From contig CBDDPU010000004.1 in NCBI GenBank assembly GCA_965232435.1, forward strand, positions 240,974-304,973: a DNA stretch of 64,000 nucleotides, written 5' to 3'. The notes below the pieces were generated by a model that was not told the DNA's origin, did not search any database, and was given only the letters and a program-made list of their open reading frames with translations. Position numbers and translations under genes: made by a program. Positions within the stretch are counted from its first letter, which is position 1, and the number at the start of each line of letters is the position of its first letter. Positions 17,828 to 27,290 of this stretch are shown here, piece by piece. The stretch comes from Dehalococcoidia bacterium. Its GTDB lineage: Bacteria > Chloroflexota > Dehalococcoidia > Lucifugimonadales > VXLM01.

Positions 17828-20800
17828 TCACGGCTCCATTCGGGCAACCGCTCCGAGATCTACCCGGAGAGCGCGCAGGCTAACCACTACCAGGATAGAG
17901 AGAAAAACGGCAAACAGCGCCGCGTAAACCGGCGCCAGAAGTGTCCAGTCCGTTATGATCAGAATCGGCGGAACGATGCTGCCGCCCGCCTCACTCTCGG
18001 CCAGGGGTGACACGATGAGCAAGCTCATCCGAAAGCCCGCCCACGTGCCAAGTGCCAGGGCAGTCGCAATAATGGCTATCTGCTCAAAGGCGATCAGGGA
18101 AATCAACTGCCTGCCGGAAAGTCCGAAAGATCGAAGGAACGCCGCTTCGACCCGGCGGCGCCGGTCGGACAATATAAGGTAACTGACATACCCCGCCGCC
18201 GCCGCCGCTACCGAGACCACCAGAGCAAAGAACGCAAGCGCCCTCCAGCCCGCCGACATGGCCGGCGATACGTTTGTCTCCTCAATGAGAGTAACTCGGT
18301 CCATCGTCCGCACAAACAGATTCCGCCCCAGTTCCTCGGCCAACTCCTCCACCTGTCGATCATCGCCGGATGCCGTTCGGATGTACACCTCGTTCGGTTC
18401 CTCGGCGTACACCGAACTCAACACGTTGACGTGACCTAAGAGAAGCCCCACGTCGGTAATCACAAACCTGTCCGTGCGCTCGCTCATCGTCGGGAAATTC
18501 TTTACGGTATCCATGATGATCACCACGACCTCTCGTCCCGCCAGCTTCATCACCGTCGGTTCGCCGAGCCTCAACCCCGATTGCTCGAAAAGCCGCTCTG
18601 AGAATACAACCGGCAGAAACTGTCGCGTAGGGGCTTTGTAAAACCCGCGGACGCCGTGGTCGGTCTGCTGTCCAAAAGTAAATTTCGCCGAACTGCTGCC
18701 CCGATACGCGCCGTCAGTGAAATGGATCAGGGTGTCGGGCGCCAGTGGATCAGCGATGATGGGCAGCCACGTGAAGACTGAACTCTCAAAGTCCTCGAGG
18801 ACTACCGCGGGGTCGTCTTCGCCGACTCTCGCGTACATGTGATCGACCACGATGACACCGGCCGTGACTCCCCTTTGCCGAATGTCGCCGTAGTCCTGCA
18901 CGTGAACGGCAACCAAGGTAATCGGATGACGCAGCCAATCAGGAATTTCGGCGCTCAACCGCTTCCATTCGGAAGGGCCCACGTCGCCGAGGAACACGGT
19001 CGTAAGCTGATCATTCGCGTCGCGAAGAAGAACGTTGAGCATCAAACCCTGGTAGTGCTCTGCGGGGTAGGTCCACAAACCGACTTCGGTCGCGCTCTCC
19101 GGGAGAACGGCAAGCGAAGACCCCGCCTGAGGTCGCAATTGCGCGACAACCTGGTTGAGTGGACGCTCCGAGTAGTCGTCGCGATACCAAGAAATTCGGT
19201 CAAACCGCGCGGAATCGACTCCCAATACCTCAAAATTGAGCGGGCCGAACGATCCGTCAGCACGAAAAGCCTCGGCCGCGAGCGCAATGGAAGGGTGCTC
19301 GTTGAAGACGGATACCCCGCCGATGAACTGGCGCGACATGTTCACCCGAAGGTCGCCCGCCACACGGTGGTGGGCCCGGTCTTCCCTGCTGCGCTCCAGC
19401 GTTCCCCCTACGGTGGTGGCCAGCACACTCACCCCCGTCACCAGAATGACCAGCACCACGAGCCAAGTGTAATGCGTGGGCCTCCTGATAACGTGGCGCA
19501 GGGTTAAAGCCACCCACACAGGAGCACGTCGAGACAAGATGCGAAGCGCCATGTAGAGAAGCTGGCCGATAATTACGGCCGCAAGTCCGATAAACGGCCA
19601 GAACTGGAGGCTTCCGGGTTCGGGAGCGCTCATGCGATAAAAGGCCGCTGCGACCGCCGCCTGCGCTAGAACGCCCAACACGATCAACAACCTTCGCTTC
19701 GTCCTCGTCCCAGCCCAGTACAGCACGGCGAACGCTGCGAGCGCCGCCACGGCCCAAGGCCAGTCCGCGCCAATTCCTCGTATGCCGTCGAAAACGAGGC
19801 TCGGAATCAGAATAGCGAGCGACACGGCCGTGATCACATGCAGGGCCGCGGGCGATTCACCGGCGATATAGCTGACAAGCATGGGAAACAGTCGCATGAA
19901 CAGAAGCCCCACCACGATCAGGAACAATACCGGCGCGAGCAGCAGAACTTCGTTCACGTCCCCTTCACCGAAGAGCCCGCCCGATATCACCGTCCCACGT
20001 GCCTGAAGCTCCCAAAAGACCAGCCCGCCCAGAACCAGCGCGAGAATATCGAGATGATAACGCTGCAAGAAGGAAGCGCTTGGAGGGCGGGCCACCAAGA
20101 ATCGCTGGGAAAGCACGCCGCCTCGAGCGGAGAGAACGCTCGAAAGCACTATGACCGACAGACAGAGCATCCCCACGATGGCGGCCACGATGAAGGGTAT
20201 CGCCTCAAGGACGATGGGCAGGAAACCTCCGGTCGCAAGGCCGCTGAATGGGGGCGTCATGCCCGCTGCCGCCACGACCGCAATCGCCAACAGTGGCGCG
20301 ATCACCACCGCGCCGACCGCCAGCAGTATCCCTTCAAGAGAATACAGCCGCAGGAGAGCCTTGAGTCCGAACCCCCTAGTTCGTATCAGCGCATGATCCT
20401 CTTCCCTGCTGCGAACGAGATAACTCACCATCATTCCGAGATAGAACACGACGGTCACCGCCATGACGGCCAGCAGAAGAACCATCGGTACCCGCGCGAA
20501 GAACGCCCTCGCCTCAGCGCCGTTAATGACCCGATGAAGCGGCGACAGGACGTCCGTGCCGAACAATTCGGCGTTCAGTTCCCTCTCGAATTCATCGAGA
20601 TGCCCAGTGATTTCCGAACCGGTCCACTGCTTCAGCGCCTCCGGGTCCAACTGAATGAACCAGATGGCGTCCATAACCGTACCCGGCAAAGTGGGACTGA
20701 CCGCCTCATGCACCACCTCTTCCGTAATCAGCAGTGGCAGAGGAGGCGGACCCGACTCAGGGTCGAACATCACCGGCGGATTGACCATTCCCGCCGCAAT

Positions 20801-21433
20801 CGACACCAGCGAGCCTTCCAAACTGGTGTTGTCAATGACGCCCACGATCCGCACCGCGATCCGGCCGGGCGCTTCCCGTGACGCGCCGATACTCCACTCG
20901 TCCCCGACATCAACCCCGTACAACTCACGGGCATTCTCACTGACGACCGCCTCAATCACCGGCCCATTGGGGCCGTCCGTCACGGTGTCGCCGGCGTATC
21001 CGCCCGAGACCATCCGAAAGAACGACTGATCATTAGTCAGGCTTCGGATTATCGCCGATGGAGGAGCGAGTCCCGCCGGCGCCGAAACCCGGACGGGTTC
21101 GATCCAGAGGGCATGTGTGCTAATGATCCGTTCTCTGCGCTCATAAACGGGCAGAATATGCCGGCCGACGGCGTCATCGACGATCTGCTCGATTTCCTGA
21201 AAGCGAGACTCGGTGAGAACGAGGTTATTGGTGAATACGTGCGCACGCGACCCGCCCGGACCCAATTCATCAATCTCAATATTGATGCTCAACTGCGTCA
21301 AAGACGCCACGTACACGGGAACGGCCGTCACCAACGTCGCCGCGACAACGACCCCAGCCATGACGCTGGCAAGCATCCACCTGCTGTTTCCAATCCGCCT
21401 GCGCACAAGCACGGGGAAACTGAGAGATTGCAT
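17828..21433 (-). CDS. Very large ABC-type permease with two FtsX domains (MacB/YbbP-like)
   Basis: The 1201-aa product has two FtsX-type segments (REEDHALIRTRGFGLKALLRLYSLEGILLAVG and RRRRVEAAFLRSFGLSGRQLISLIAFEQIAII). Each is followed by TM helices, and large extracytoplasmic regions lie between TM1 and TM2 of each half. Confidence 0.7.
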   Translation of the reverse strand: MQSLSFPVLVRRRIGNSRWMLASVMAGVVVAATLVTAVPVYVASLTQLSINIEIDELGPGGSRAHVFTNNLVLTESRFQEIEQIVDDAVGRHILPVYERRERIISTHALWIEPVRVSAPAGLAPPSAIIRSLTNDQSFFRMVSGGYAGDTVTDGPNGPVIEAVVSENARELYGVDVGDEWSIGASREAPGRIAVRIVGVIDNTSLEGSLVSIAAGMVNPPVMFDPESGPPPLPLLITEEVVHEAVSPTLPGTVMDAIWFIQLDPEALKQWTGSEITGHLDEFERELNAELFGTDVLSPLHRVINGAEARAFFARVPMVLLLAVMAVTVVFYLGMMVSYLVRSREEDHALIRTRGFGLKALLRLYSLEGILLAVGAVVIAPLLAIAVVAAAGMTPPFSGLATGGFLPIVLEAIPFIVAAIVGMLCLSVIVLSSVLSARGGVLSQRFLVARPPSASFLQRYHLDILALVLGGLVFWELQARGTVISGGLFGEGDVNEVLLLAPVLFLIVVGLLFMRLFPMLVSYIAGESPAALHVITAVSLAILIPSLVFDGIRGIGADWPWAVAALAAFAVLYWAGTRTKRRLLIVLGVLAQAAVAAAFYRMSAPEPGSLQFWPFIGLAAVIIGQLLYMALRILSRRAPVWVALTLRHVIRRPTHYTWLVVLVILVTGVSVLATTVGGTLERSREDRAHHRVAGDLRVNMSRQFIGGVSVFNEHPSIALAAEAFRADGSFGPLNFEVLGVDSARFDRISWYRDDYSERPLNQVVAQLRPQAGSSLAVLPESATEVGLWTYPAEHYQGLMLNVLLRDANDQLTTVFLGDVGPSEWKRLSAEIPDWLRHPITLVAVHVQDYGDIRQRGVTAGVIVVDHMYARVGEDDPAVVLEDFESSVFTWLPIIADPLAPDTLIHFTDGAYRGSSSAKFTFGQQTDHGVRGFYKAPTRQFLPVVFSERLFEQSGLRLGEPTVMKLAGREVVVIIMDTVKNFPTMSERTDRFVITDVGLLLGHVNVLSSVYAEEPNEVYIRTASGDDRQVEELAEELGRNLFVRTMDRVTLIEETNVSPAMSAGWRALAFFALVVSVAAAAAGYVSYLILSDRRRRVEAAFLRSFGLSGRQLISLIAFEQIAIIATALALGTWAGFRMSLLIVSPLAESEAGGSIVPPILIITDWTLLAPVYAALFAVFLSILVVVSLRALRVDLGAVARMEP

Positions 21434-21513
21434 CGAAAGTCAGTTCCTAAGGTTACCGGAAGATTTGATGAACAATCATGACAAGAGGAGCAAGCACGTC
21501 AAAAGCGCCGAAA

Positions 21514-22254
21514 TCATCGCTCGCACGTGTCGCCGACGTGGTCGGGAATCCCGGTGAATCGTACAGCATCACCAATGCGGATACCACGTTTGTTTGCCTC
21601 CCCTGCGTTTATCTCTAAGTTATAGGCCGCAGGCGCGCTCGAACGGTAAGTCGGAAGCGATGACCCGGGCGTCCCGGAACTCGGGAAAGGTACGTCCGGT
21701 GTGATGTCAACGACTCGGCAGTCAACGGATATCCATACGAAATCGAGCGGGAACAGCATCTGCCACATCCAAAAGGAAGAGGCCGTCCTATCTTCAAAGA
21801 TAAACAACATCCCCGTACCGGATTCCAGCATCTGCCTGCCGGAAAGCCCCTTCGCGCGTTCCCCCGAACTCACAGCTAACTCCACCGGGAACACGTCGTC
21901 CCCGATAACGACGGCCGAGTTGAGTTCCAATGATGTATACGTCGGTGGCGGCATAGGACTCGGAAGCGGAGGCCGAGTCGGTGACGGTGTTGGAGATATG
22001 CCCAAAACTCCCACCGTGGAGGTCTCGTTCTGAGCGGGCAACCTTGCCGGCGTCGAAGTCTCGTTCGGGACCAACGGCAGGGGGAGGCGGGGCCATGTGC
22101 CTGTCGGACTGGGGACCGGGGTCGACGGATGCGGCAAACTCGTTGCGGATACTTCCGACGGCGACGGAGTAACCAATACAGGACGCGCTCCGCCTCCACA
22201 GCCCGCGCACAAAACGACTAAGACGACAACCAGCAGCATCACCGTCCAACTCAC
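21514..22254 (-). CDS. DUF192-domain lipoprotein with a Pro/Thr/Ser-rich linker
   Basis: Lipobox VLCAGCGG, a long P/S/T linker, and a C-terminal GMLFIFEDRTASSFWMWQMLFPLDFVWI typical of DUF192 (COG1430). The GTG start overlaps the mutS2 stop (GTGA). Confidence 0.65.
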   Translation of the reverse strand: MSWTVMLLVVVLVVLCAGCGGGARPVLVTPSPSEVSATSLPHPSTPVPSPTGTWPRLPLPLVPNETSTPARLPAQNETSTVGVLGISPTPSPTRPPLPSPMPPPTYTSLELNSAVVIGDDVFPVELAVSSGERAKGLSGRQMLESGTGMLFIFEDRTASSFWMWQMLFPLDFVWISVDCRVVDITPDVPFPSSGTPGSSLPTYRSSAPAAYNLEINAGEANKRGIRIGDAVRFTGIPDHVGDTCER

Positions 22255-24674
22255 GACAGATCAACCACCGTAACCCCGATCCCTCCCTCACGATGATCCG
22301 CGTACCGATACGACTTAACAAGGGAATTCCGGTCAAGGGTTTCTTGCACGCTCTGCCGCAGCACACCGCGCCCCTTGCCGTGCACGATTCGCACGGAGTC
22401 GGCCCCGTTTCGCAGCGCTCTATCCAAAAATTCCTCCACGGTAACCGCCGCTTCGTCGGCCCGCATCCCCCGAATGTGCAACTCGTTGCTCATCTGCGCC
22501 GGTTCCAAATCGTAGCTCACGCCCCTGCCGGATTGGTCCCGCAGCTCAACCGCCTCGCCCTCTTCCAACGGAGTCAATCGACTCACGTCCAGGGTAAACC
22601 GAGCGTCCCCTACAATAACGGTAGCCTCGCCGTCCGTCGAGTCCATGGACTGAACCGCGCCTTGCACATTGAGACCCCTGATCCGAACGTAATCCCCTAC
22701 TCGAATCGGACGAGAAGGCTCTGGGGCCTCGTCTACCGATGCCTGCTCCAAACTCTCAACTTCCATGCGGGCTCGTTCCAATTCCATACGAGCGCGTTTG
22801 ACAGCCTCGTAATCGACTGGCTCACCGCCCGGAGCATCCCACGAAATCGCCGCCTCGGCTCGCCGGATCTTCCGCCGGGCTTCCTCAAACTGTGCGGCCA
22901 GTTCCGAACGCATGGCCGCTACGGCATCTTCTCGACGCGATCGAAGGTCACGAAGCTCAGCCTCATAGACCTCTTGTGTAGACTCAGACTCGCGCTTCGC
23001 CTCCTCCGCCTCTTGAATCATGGTCTTAAGGTGCGTTCGCTGTTCCTGAAGCTCGTTGAGCCAATCCTCGAACTGCATATATTGCGGCTCCAGCAGGCGG
23101 GAGGCCTCTTCCATAATCTCCTCCGCCAAACCCAGACTGCGAGCAACCGACATGGCATAGCTCCGACCCGGAAGCCCCATCGTCAGATGATACGTCGGAC
23201 GGAGCGATTTCGGTTCAAGGTCGACGCTCGCGTTCATCATGCCGGTCGAGGCCTCCGCGAACGCTGCGACCGTGCGATGGTGGGTCGTAACCACGGTCTT
23301 GATGCCCGCTGTGGCCAGACGTCCCACTATTGCCTTCGCCAGGGCGGAACCCTCTTCAGGATCAGTGCTGGCTCCCAATTCGTCCAAAAGCACCAGGGAT
23401 CTGGGCGTGGCGTGCTCCAGTATCTCGATAACATTCAGCATATGCGAACTGAACGTCGAGACCGACCCCGCTATGCTCTGTCGGTCTCCAACGTCGGCGT
23501 ACACACCGTCGAATATAGGCAAAGTGCTCCCGCTCTCCGCTGGCACGTACAGCCCCGACTGATGCATGAGGGCAAGCAAACCGACGGTCTTCATCGAAAC
23601 GGTCTTCCCTCCGGTGTTTGGCCCGGTAATGACCAAGACGAACGACTCCTCGTCGACGCGAAGAGAAACCGGAACGGCCTCGTCCCCAAGAAGAGGATGT
23701 CGCGCCTTCACCAGGTGAATCACAGGCGGATCGCCGCCTTCGTCATCCTCGACTGTCACCTGAACGCCCTTCAGCCGCGCGCTGTACCTCGCGCGCGCCA
23801 TGATGAAATCAAGTCGCGCCGTCAAACGCATCCCCATTCGGATATCCGGCCCAGCCGCGCCGACAAGCTCCGACAACTCGATCAGCACTCGCCGCGTCTC
23901 CTGATCCTCTTCGAGCGACAACTCCCGCCAAGCATTGCAGGCGTCAACTGTCGCGAACGGCTCGATGTACAGCGTGGCGTCCGTCTTGGATACGTCGTGA
24001 ACGATGCCCGGAACTTTATGCCGCAGTTCAGTCCTCACCTGCAAAACCAGACGGTCGGATCGAACCGAAATCACCTGATCCTGAAGCACCTCCTCTCCCA
24101 CGGGCGAGCGCATCACTCGCTCCAAGGCCTCCACCGTCCGCTGATATGCCGCTCGAACGCTCCGGCGGAGCCCGCCGAGCGTCGGCGTCGCCCGGTCAAG
24201 CACTTCCCCGCGGATGCCGATCTTCAACCGCACCTGCCGTTGAATGTCGAGCAGATCGGGAATGTCGGACGCTATCTCCGCCAGCACGGGAGCGCTCATG
24301 ACATTGCGCGCGAAAGCCGACCTAGCACGGCCAAGCGCCTCCAGCGAATCGGCCACTTCATTCAGTTCCTTACCCGTCAGAACCCCGCCGAGATCCGCGC
24401 GATCGACCGACTCGGTCGCATCGACCCTCATGCTCAAATCAGGATCGCCGGACTCCTCAAGATAACGCACCCCGTCGCGAGTCTCACGCTGAAGCTCCTC
24501 AACCTCCCCCGCCGTGTACACCGGCTCGATACCCCTAGCAAGCTCCTCCGCCGGCGGGAACGTCGTATGAGCCGCAACCGCCGCCCGGACATCCGCATAA
24601 TCCAGCGCGTCAAGCGACTTGCGCCGAATCACGTCGATAGGGGATTTCTTCCCACCGGAGGTGGATTGGATCAT
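22251..24674 (-). CDS. mutS2: Endonuclease MutS2
   Basis: Walker A GPNTGGKT, the MutS ATPase core (DELGASTDPEEG) and a C-terminal Smr domain (IHGKGRGVLR). 807 aa. Confidence 0.9.
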   Translation of the reverse strand: MIQSTSGGKKSPIDVIRRKSLDALDYADVRAAVAAHTTFPPAEELARGIEPVYTAGEVEELQRETRDGVRYLEESGDPDLSMRVDATESVDRADLGGVLTGKELNEVADSLEALGRARSAFARNVMSAPVLAEIASDIPDLLDIQRQVRLKIGIRGEVLDRATPTLGGLRRSVRAAYQRTVEALERVMRSPVGEEVLQDQVISVRSDRLVLQVRTELRHKVPGIVHDVSKTDATLYIEPFATVDACNAWRELSLEEDQETRRVLIELSELVGAAGPDIRMGMRLTARLDFIMARARYSARLKGVQVTVEDDEGGDPPVIHLVKARHPLLGDEAVPVSLRVDEESFVLVITGPNTGGKTVSMKTVGLLALMHQSGLYVPAESGSTLPIFDGVYADVGDRQSIAGSVSTFSSHMLNVIEILEHATPRSLVLLDELGASTDPEEGSALAKAIVGRLATAGIKTVVTTHHRTVAAFAEASTGMMNASVDLEPKSLRPTYHLTMGLPGRSYAMSVARSLGLAEEIMEEASRLLEPQYMQFEDWLNELQEQRTHLKTMIQEAEEAKRESESTQEVYEAELRDLRSRREDAVAAMRSELAAQFEEARRKIRRAEAAISWDAPGGEPVDYEAVKRARMELERARMEVESLEQASVDEAPEPSRPIRVGDYVRIRGLNVQGAVQSMDSTDGEATVIVGDARFTLDVSRLTPLEEGEAVELRDQSGRGVSYDLEPAQMSNELHIRGMRADEAAVTVEEFLDRALRNGADSVRIVHGKGRGVLRQSVQETLDRNSLVKSYRYADHREGGIGVTVVDLS

Positions 24675-24777
24675 GACGAATGGAGTATGCGCGACATTGC
24701 GAGGCGAAGTAACGCCAATTCGTCAAGACTGTGCCGTATCCCCATAGGTCCAATGCCCATAGCAACAACCACCCACC

Positions 24778-24804
24778 GTCATTCCGGCGAAGGCCGGAAT
24801 CCAG
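24778..24804. repeat. Family-1 hairpin repeat GTCATTCCGGCGAAGGCCGGAATCCAG
   Basis: Perfect 8-bp stem ATTCCGGC/GCCGGAAT with a GAAG loop. The same element recurs at 25942, 26003 (inverted), 36454, 46392 and 49502. Confidence 0.8.
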
Positions 24805-24960
24805 AGAGTCCGATCAGGGAGAAACTGGCCGCATCAAAACGAATCGGAATAAGCCCCTATCGCAAGTCCGTTTCAAGTCTTCAACCACTCAATTATATCC
24901 GATTGGGGACATACCGGCGTGTATAATGACCTCCGCCCCTCTACCAAACGGAGAAACCAC

Positions 24961-25872
24961 ATGCCCCCCAGCGTAACCATCCAAGCGCCCGCAACCAGCG
25001 CGAACATGGGGCCGGGCTTCGACTGCCTCGGCATCGCCCTCGACATCTGGAACACCGTACACGTCGAAACCGACTCGACCGGTTTTGAAATACACGGCCT
25101 CGGTCGTGACGAACTCCCGGCCGGAAACGAAAACCTGATCGCGCGATCCTTCCGGCTTGCCTGCGAAGAGGCAGGGGAAATCCCGCCAAAAGTAAAATTC
25201 ACCTGCGAAAACAACATACCTCTAGGCCGTGGACTCGGAAGCAGCTCAGCCGCTGCCGTCGCCGGCATAGTCGCCGCAAACGAACTCATCGACAGACCCC
25301 TGATCGATTCGCAAATTCTCGCCCTGGCCGCCCGAATCGAGGGACACCCCGACAACTCCGCCGCCGCACTCTATGGAGGCTGCCAAGTTGTCGTGCGCGA
25401 CCAGGACCGGCTAATCACTTCGACCATCCCTATACCGCAGAGACTCCGCATCGTCCTCTTCGTACCGGAAAAGCCGATGCCGACCGCCGAAGCCCGATCA
25501 GTCCTCCCCTCGAAAATATCCATGCAAGACGCCGTCTTCAACATCGGCCGCGTCGGCCTCCTCGTCAACTCACTCGCAAACGACAGCCTCGACCATCTCG
25601 CAATCGCCACACAAGACCGACTCCACCAGCCCGCCCGTCAAACCATCTTCCACCCCATGAAAGTCATCATGCGCGCCGCCCTCGACGCCGGCGCCCACGC
25701 CGCATTCCTCTCAGGCGCCGGCTCCACCATCCTCGCCCTCGCATCAGACCACGAAATGACCATCGGCTACGAAATGGCCGAAGCCGCCTCAAAATCCGGC
25801 ATCGACGGCGACGTCATCATCACCAACCCAACACCCAAGGGCGCGCGCGGCGGGGTGAATTTCAATGGATAG
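24961..25872 (+). CDS. thrB: Homoserine kinase
   Basis: APATSANMGPGFD and GHP-kinase motif PLGRGLGSSSAAAVAG. The start is chosen at MPPSVTIQ (24961) because the longer 24919 ORF adds a non-homologous extension. Confidence 0.9.
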   Translation: MPPSVTIQAPATSANMGPGFDCLGIALDIWNTVHVETDSTGFEIHGLGRDELPAGNENLIARSFRLACEEAGEIPPKVKFTCENNIPLGRGLGSSSAAAVAGIVAANELIDRPLIDSQILALAARIEGHPDNSAAALYGGCQVVVRDQDRLITSTIPIPQRLRIVLFVPEKPMPTAEARSVLPSKISMQDAVFNIGRVGLLVNSLANDSLDHLAIATQDRLHQPARQTIFHPMKVIMRAALDAGAHAAFLSGAGSTILALASDHEMTIGYEMAEAASKSGIDGDVIITNPTPKGARGGVNFNG

Positions 25873-25920
25873 GAGAAATCTAGTGCCTAGGAATTTCTGC
25901 TTGCTACTCCCGAGTCGTAT

Positions 25921-26075
25921 TAGGTAGTGTTGACATTTCCCGTCATTCCCGCGAAAGCGGGAATCCAGATCGGGCGCTGCAAGCCATGTCCAAAGGGGAT
26001 CAGATTCCCGCTTTCGCGGGAATGACGTCTTTAGCAGGGTAACAGGGTGGTTTTTTAGAATGTCAACACTACCTA
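25921..26075. mobile_element. MITE-like element (155 bp) with a perfect 17-bp terminal inverted repeat
   Basis: TAGGTAGTGTTGACATT at 25921-25937 and its exact reverse complement at 26059-26075. The outermost TA on each side could be a TA target duplication. The interior holds two inverted copies of the family-1 hairpin (25942-25968 and 26003-26026). No ORF. Confidence 0.6.
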
Positions 26076-26136
26076 GTTGGTCTCAACTCGCGCCTGCACG
26101 GCACATAATTGCTTATCCGACTAATGGAGTGACCTG

Positions 26137-26472
26137 ATGCCTTCAGATTCTGATTTAGCCCTAAGGACGCTACACCTTACAAAGCGTTACTGCAAGCTAA
26201 CGGCTGTCCATGATGTTAGTTTAGAGGTTTACAGAAGCGAGATTTTCGGCCTTAGGGCCTTAGAGGGTGTCTAAAAACAACTCCGTTCGCCCTGAGCCTG
26301 CCGAAGGGTGAAAGCCTGGTTCATGGTTCGACAAGATCACCATAAACGGTTCCCGCTGACTTTTTAGACACCCTCTTATAGGCCCGAACGGACCAGGAAA
26401 GACTACGATTATCGGAATGGTCGTTGGCCTTATAAGACCAACTTCTTCAGGAGACGAGACATCCAGTTCTAG
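26137..26472 (+). pseudogene. Remnant of an ABC-transporter ATP-binding gene, interrupted in the Walker A codons and truncated after about 70 codons
   Basis: It reads MPSDSDLALRTLHLTKRYCKLTAVHDVSLEVYRSEIFGL, then the insertion, then (I)GPNGPGKTTIIGMVVGLIRPTS and a stop at 26470. The Q-loop, signature and Walker B regions are absent. Confidence 0.65.
26255..26378. mobile_element. MITE-like insertion (about 124 bp) inside the ABC remnant
   Basis: Inverted termini GAGGGTGTCTAAAAA (26263-26277) and TTTTTAGACACCCTC (26361-26375) enclose a family-2 repeat core. Removing about 124 nt restores IFGLIGPNGPGKTT. The exact ends are ambiguous because the target GGCCTTATAGGCC is itself palindromic. Confidence 0.6.
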
Positions 26473-27215
26473 ATTTCGATATGGACGCCGTACGAGCGCC
26501 ATATCTTCTCTATGCGCTTCTTGATCTGGGCAAGCAATCTTCGTTCCGCCGAATATATGCAGAATTGGTTGCGTTCACCCTCACTAGGGTCCTCGATAAT
26601 ATAGACGCTTTCAGTTCCCCAGTCCTGGACAACTTTGGCCTGCTCTTTGGTACGAGATCTAGTACGTGTTCGGGCCAAGCTCCGGGCCTCATCCAAGATC
26701 ATATCGAAGTGTGGCGGCTTCGGTACAAGTATGCGAAAGTCAACGAACGGCCAGATTGCCGTATGTCCATTCCAAAGCTTCATTACACTTTGTAAATGGG
26801 CCCTAGCGTACAGTGGTATCACAAACTCATCACCAGTGCGCTTTCCGCCGATGGCGATCAGTGCCAAACCATAGGTATCTAGGAAGTGTTCAACCTCTTG
26901 CACGTCCTCATTGAAGATAGCGCTACCAGGTGTGAAATACACAAATCCTTTTCCAGCCACGCAACTCAGTAACGCCCACATCATTTCCTCGACTGCTGGA
27001 CATACATCCCCTCCAGCCTGAGAAGTAATCATTTCTCCAAAGAACTTGCGCTCTGTAATGAAAGAGTCTCGCACGAAACTCCCTCGTATGATTATCGCGT
27101 CCCTCTTTCGAAGGTCGCCGTCTCGAACAGAATCGGTTTCTCTGATTAGTGAAATGCGATCAGGTACATAACGCCCTTCGTCAGGAATGGTGTTCATTTC
27201 AGCAATATCAGTCAT
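26469..27215 (-). CDS. Hypothetical cytosolic protein (248 aa) with no family recognised
   Basis: It is the longest ORF in a visibly AT-richer segment, where long spurious ORFs are unlikely. It has no TM segments. The central block GFVYFTPGS...ALIAIGGKRTGDEF is only vaguely Rossmann/SLOG-like. I could not assign a family. Confidence 0.5.
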   Translation of the reverse strand: MTDIAEMNTIPDEGRYVPDRISLIRETDSVRDGDLRKRDAIIIRGSFVRDSFITERKFFGEMITSQAGGDVCPAVEEMMWALLSCVAGKGFVYFTPGSAIFNEDVQEVEHFLDTYGLALIAIGGKRTGDEFVIPLYARAHLQSVMKLWNGHTAIWPFVDFRILVPKPPHFDMILDEARSLARTRTRSRTKEQAKVVQDWGTESVYIIEDPSEGERNQFCIYSAERRLLAQIKKRIEKIWRSYGVHIEI

Positions 27216-27290
27216 GATGTCCCAATATCAAGGCAAGTGTATCACCACGGAAGTAGACGTACTCGGTGGTCTTTCGCCTTAGCGTTTTTG

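Noticed and set aside
22293-24926. An 877-aa ORF on the plus strand, the longest in that region.
   Set aside because: It lies entirely antisense to mutS2, whose product has unambiguous Walker A, MutS core and Smr motifs. The plus-strand translation is Arg/Pro/His-rich low-complexity sequence. It is a typical shadow ORF of high-GC DNA.
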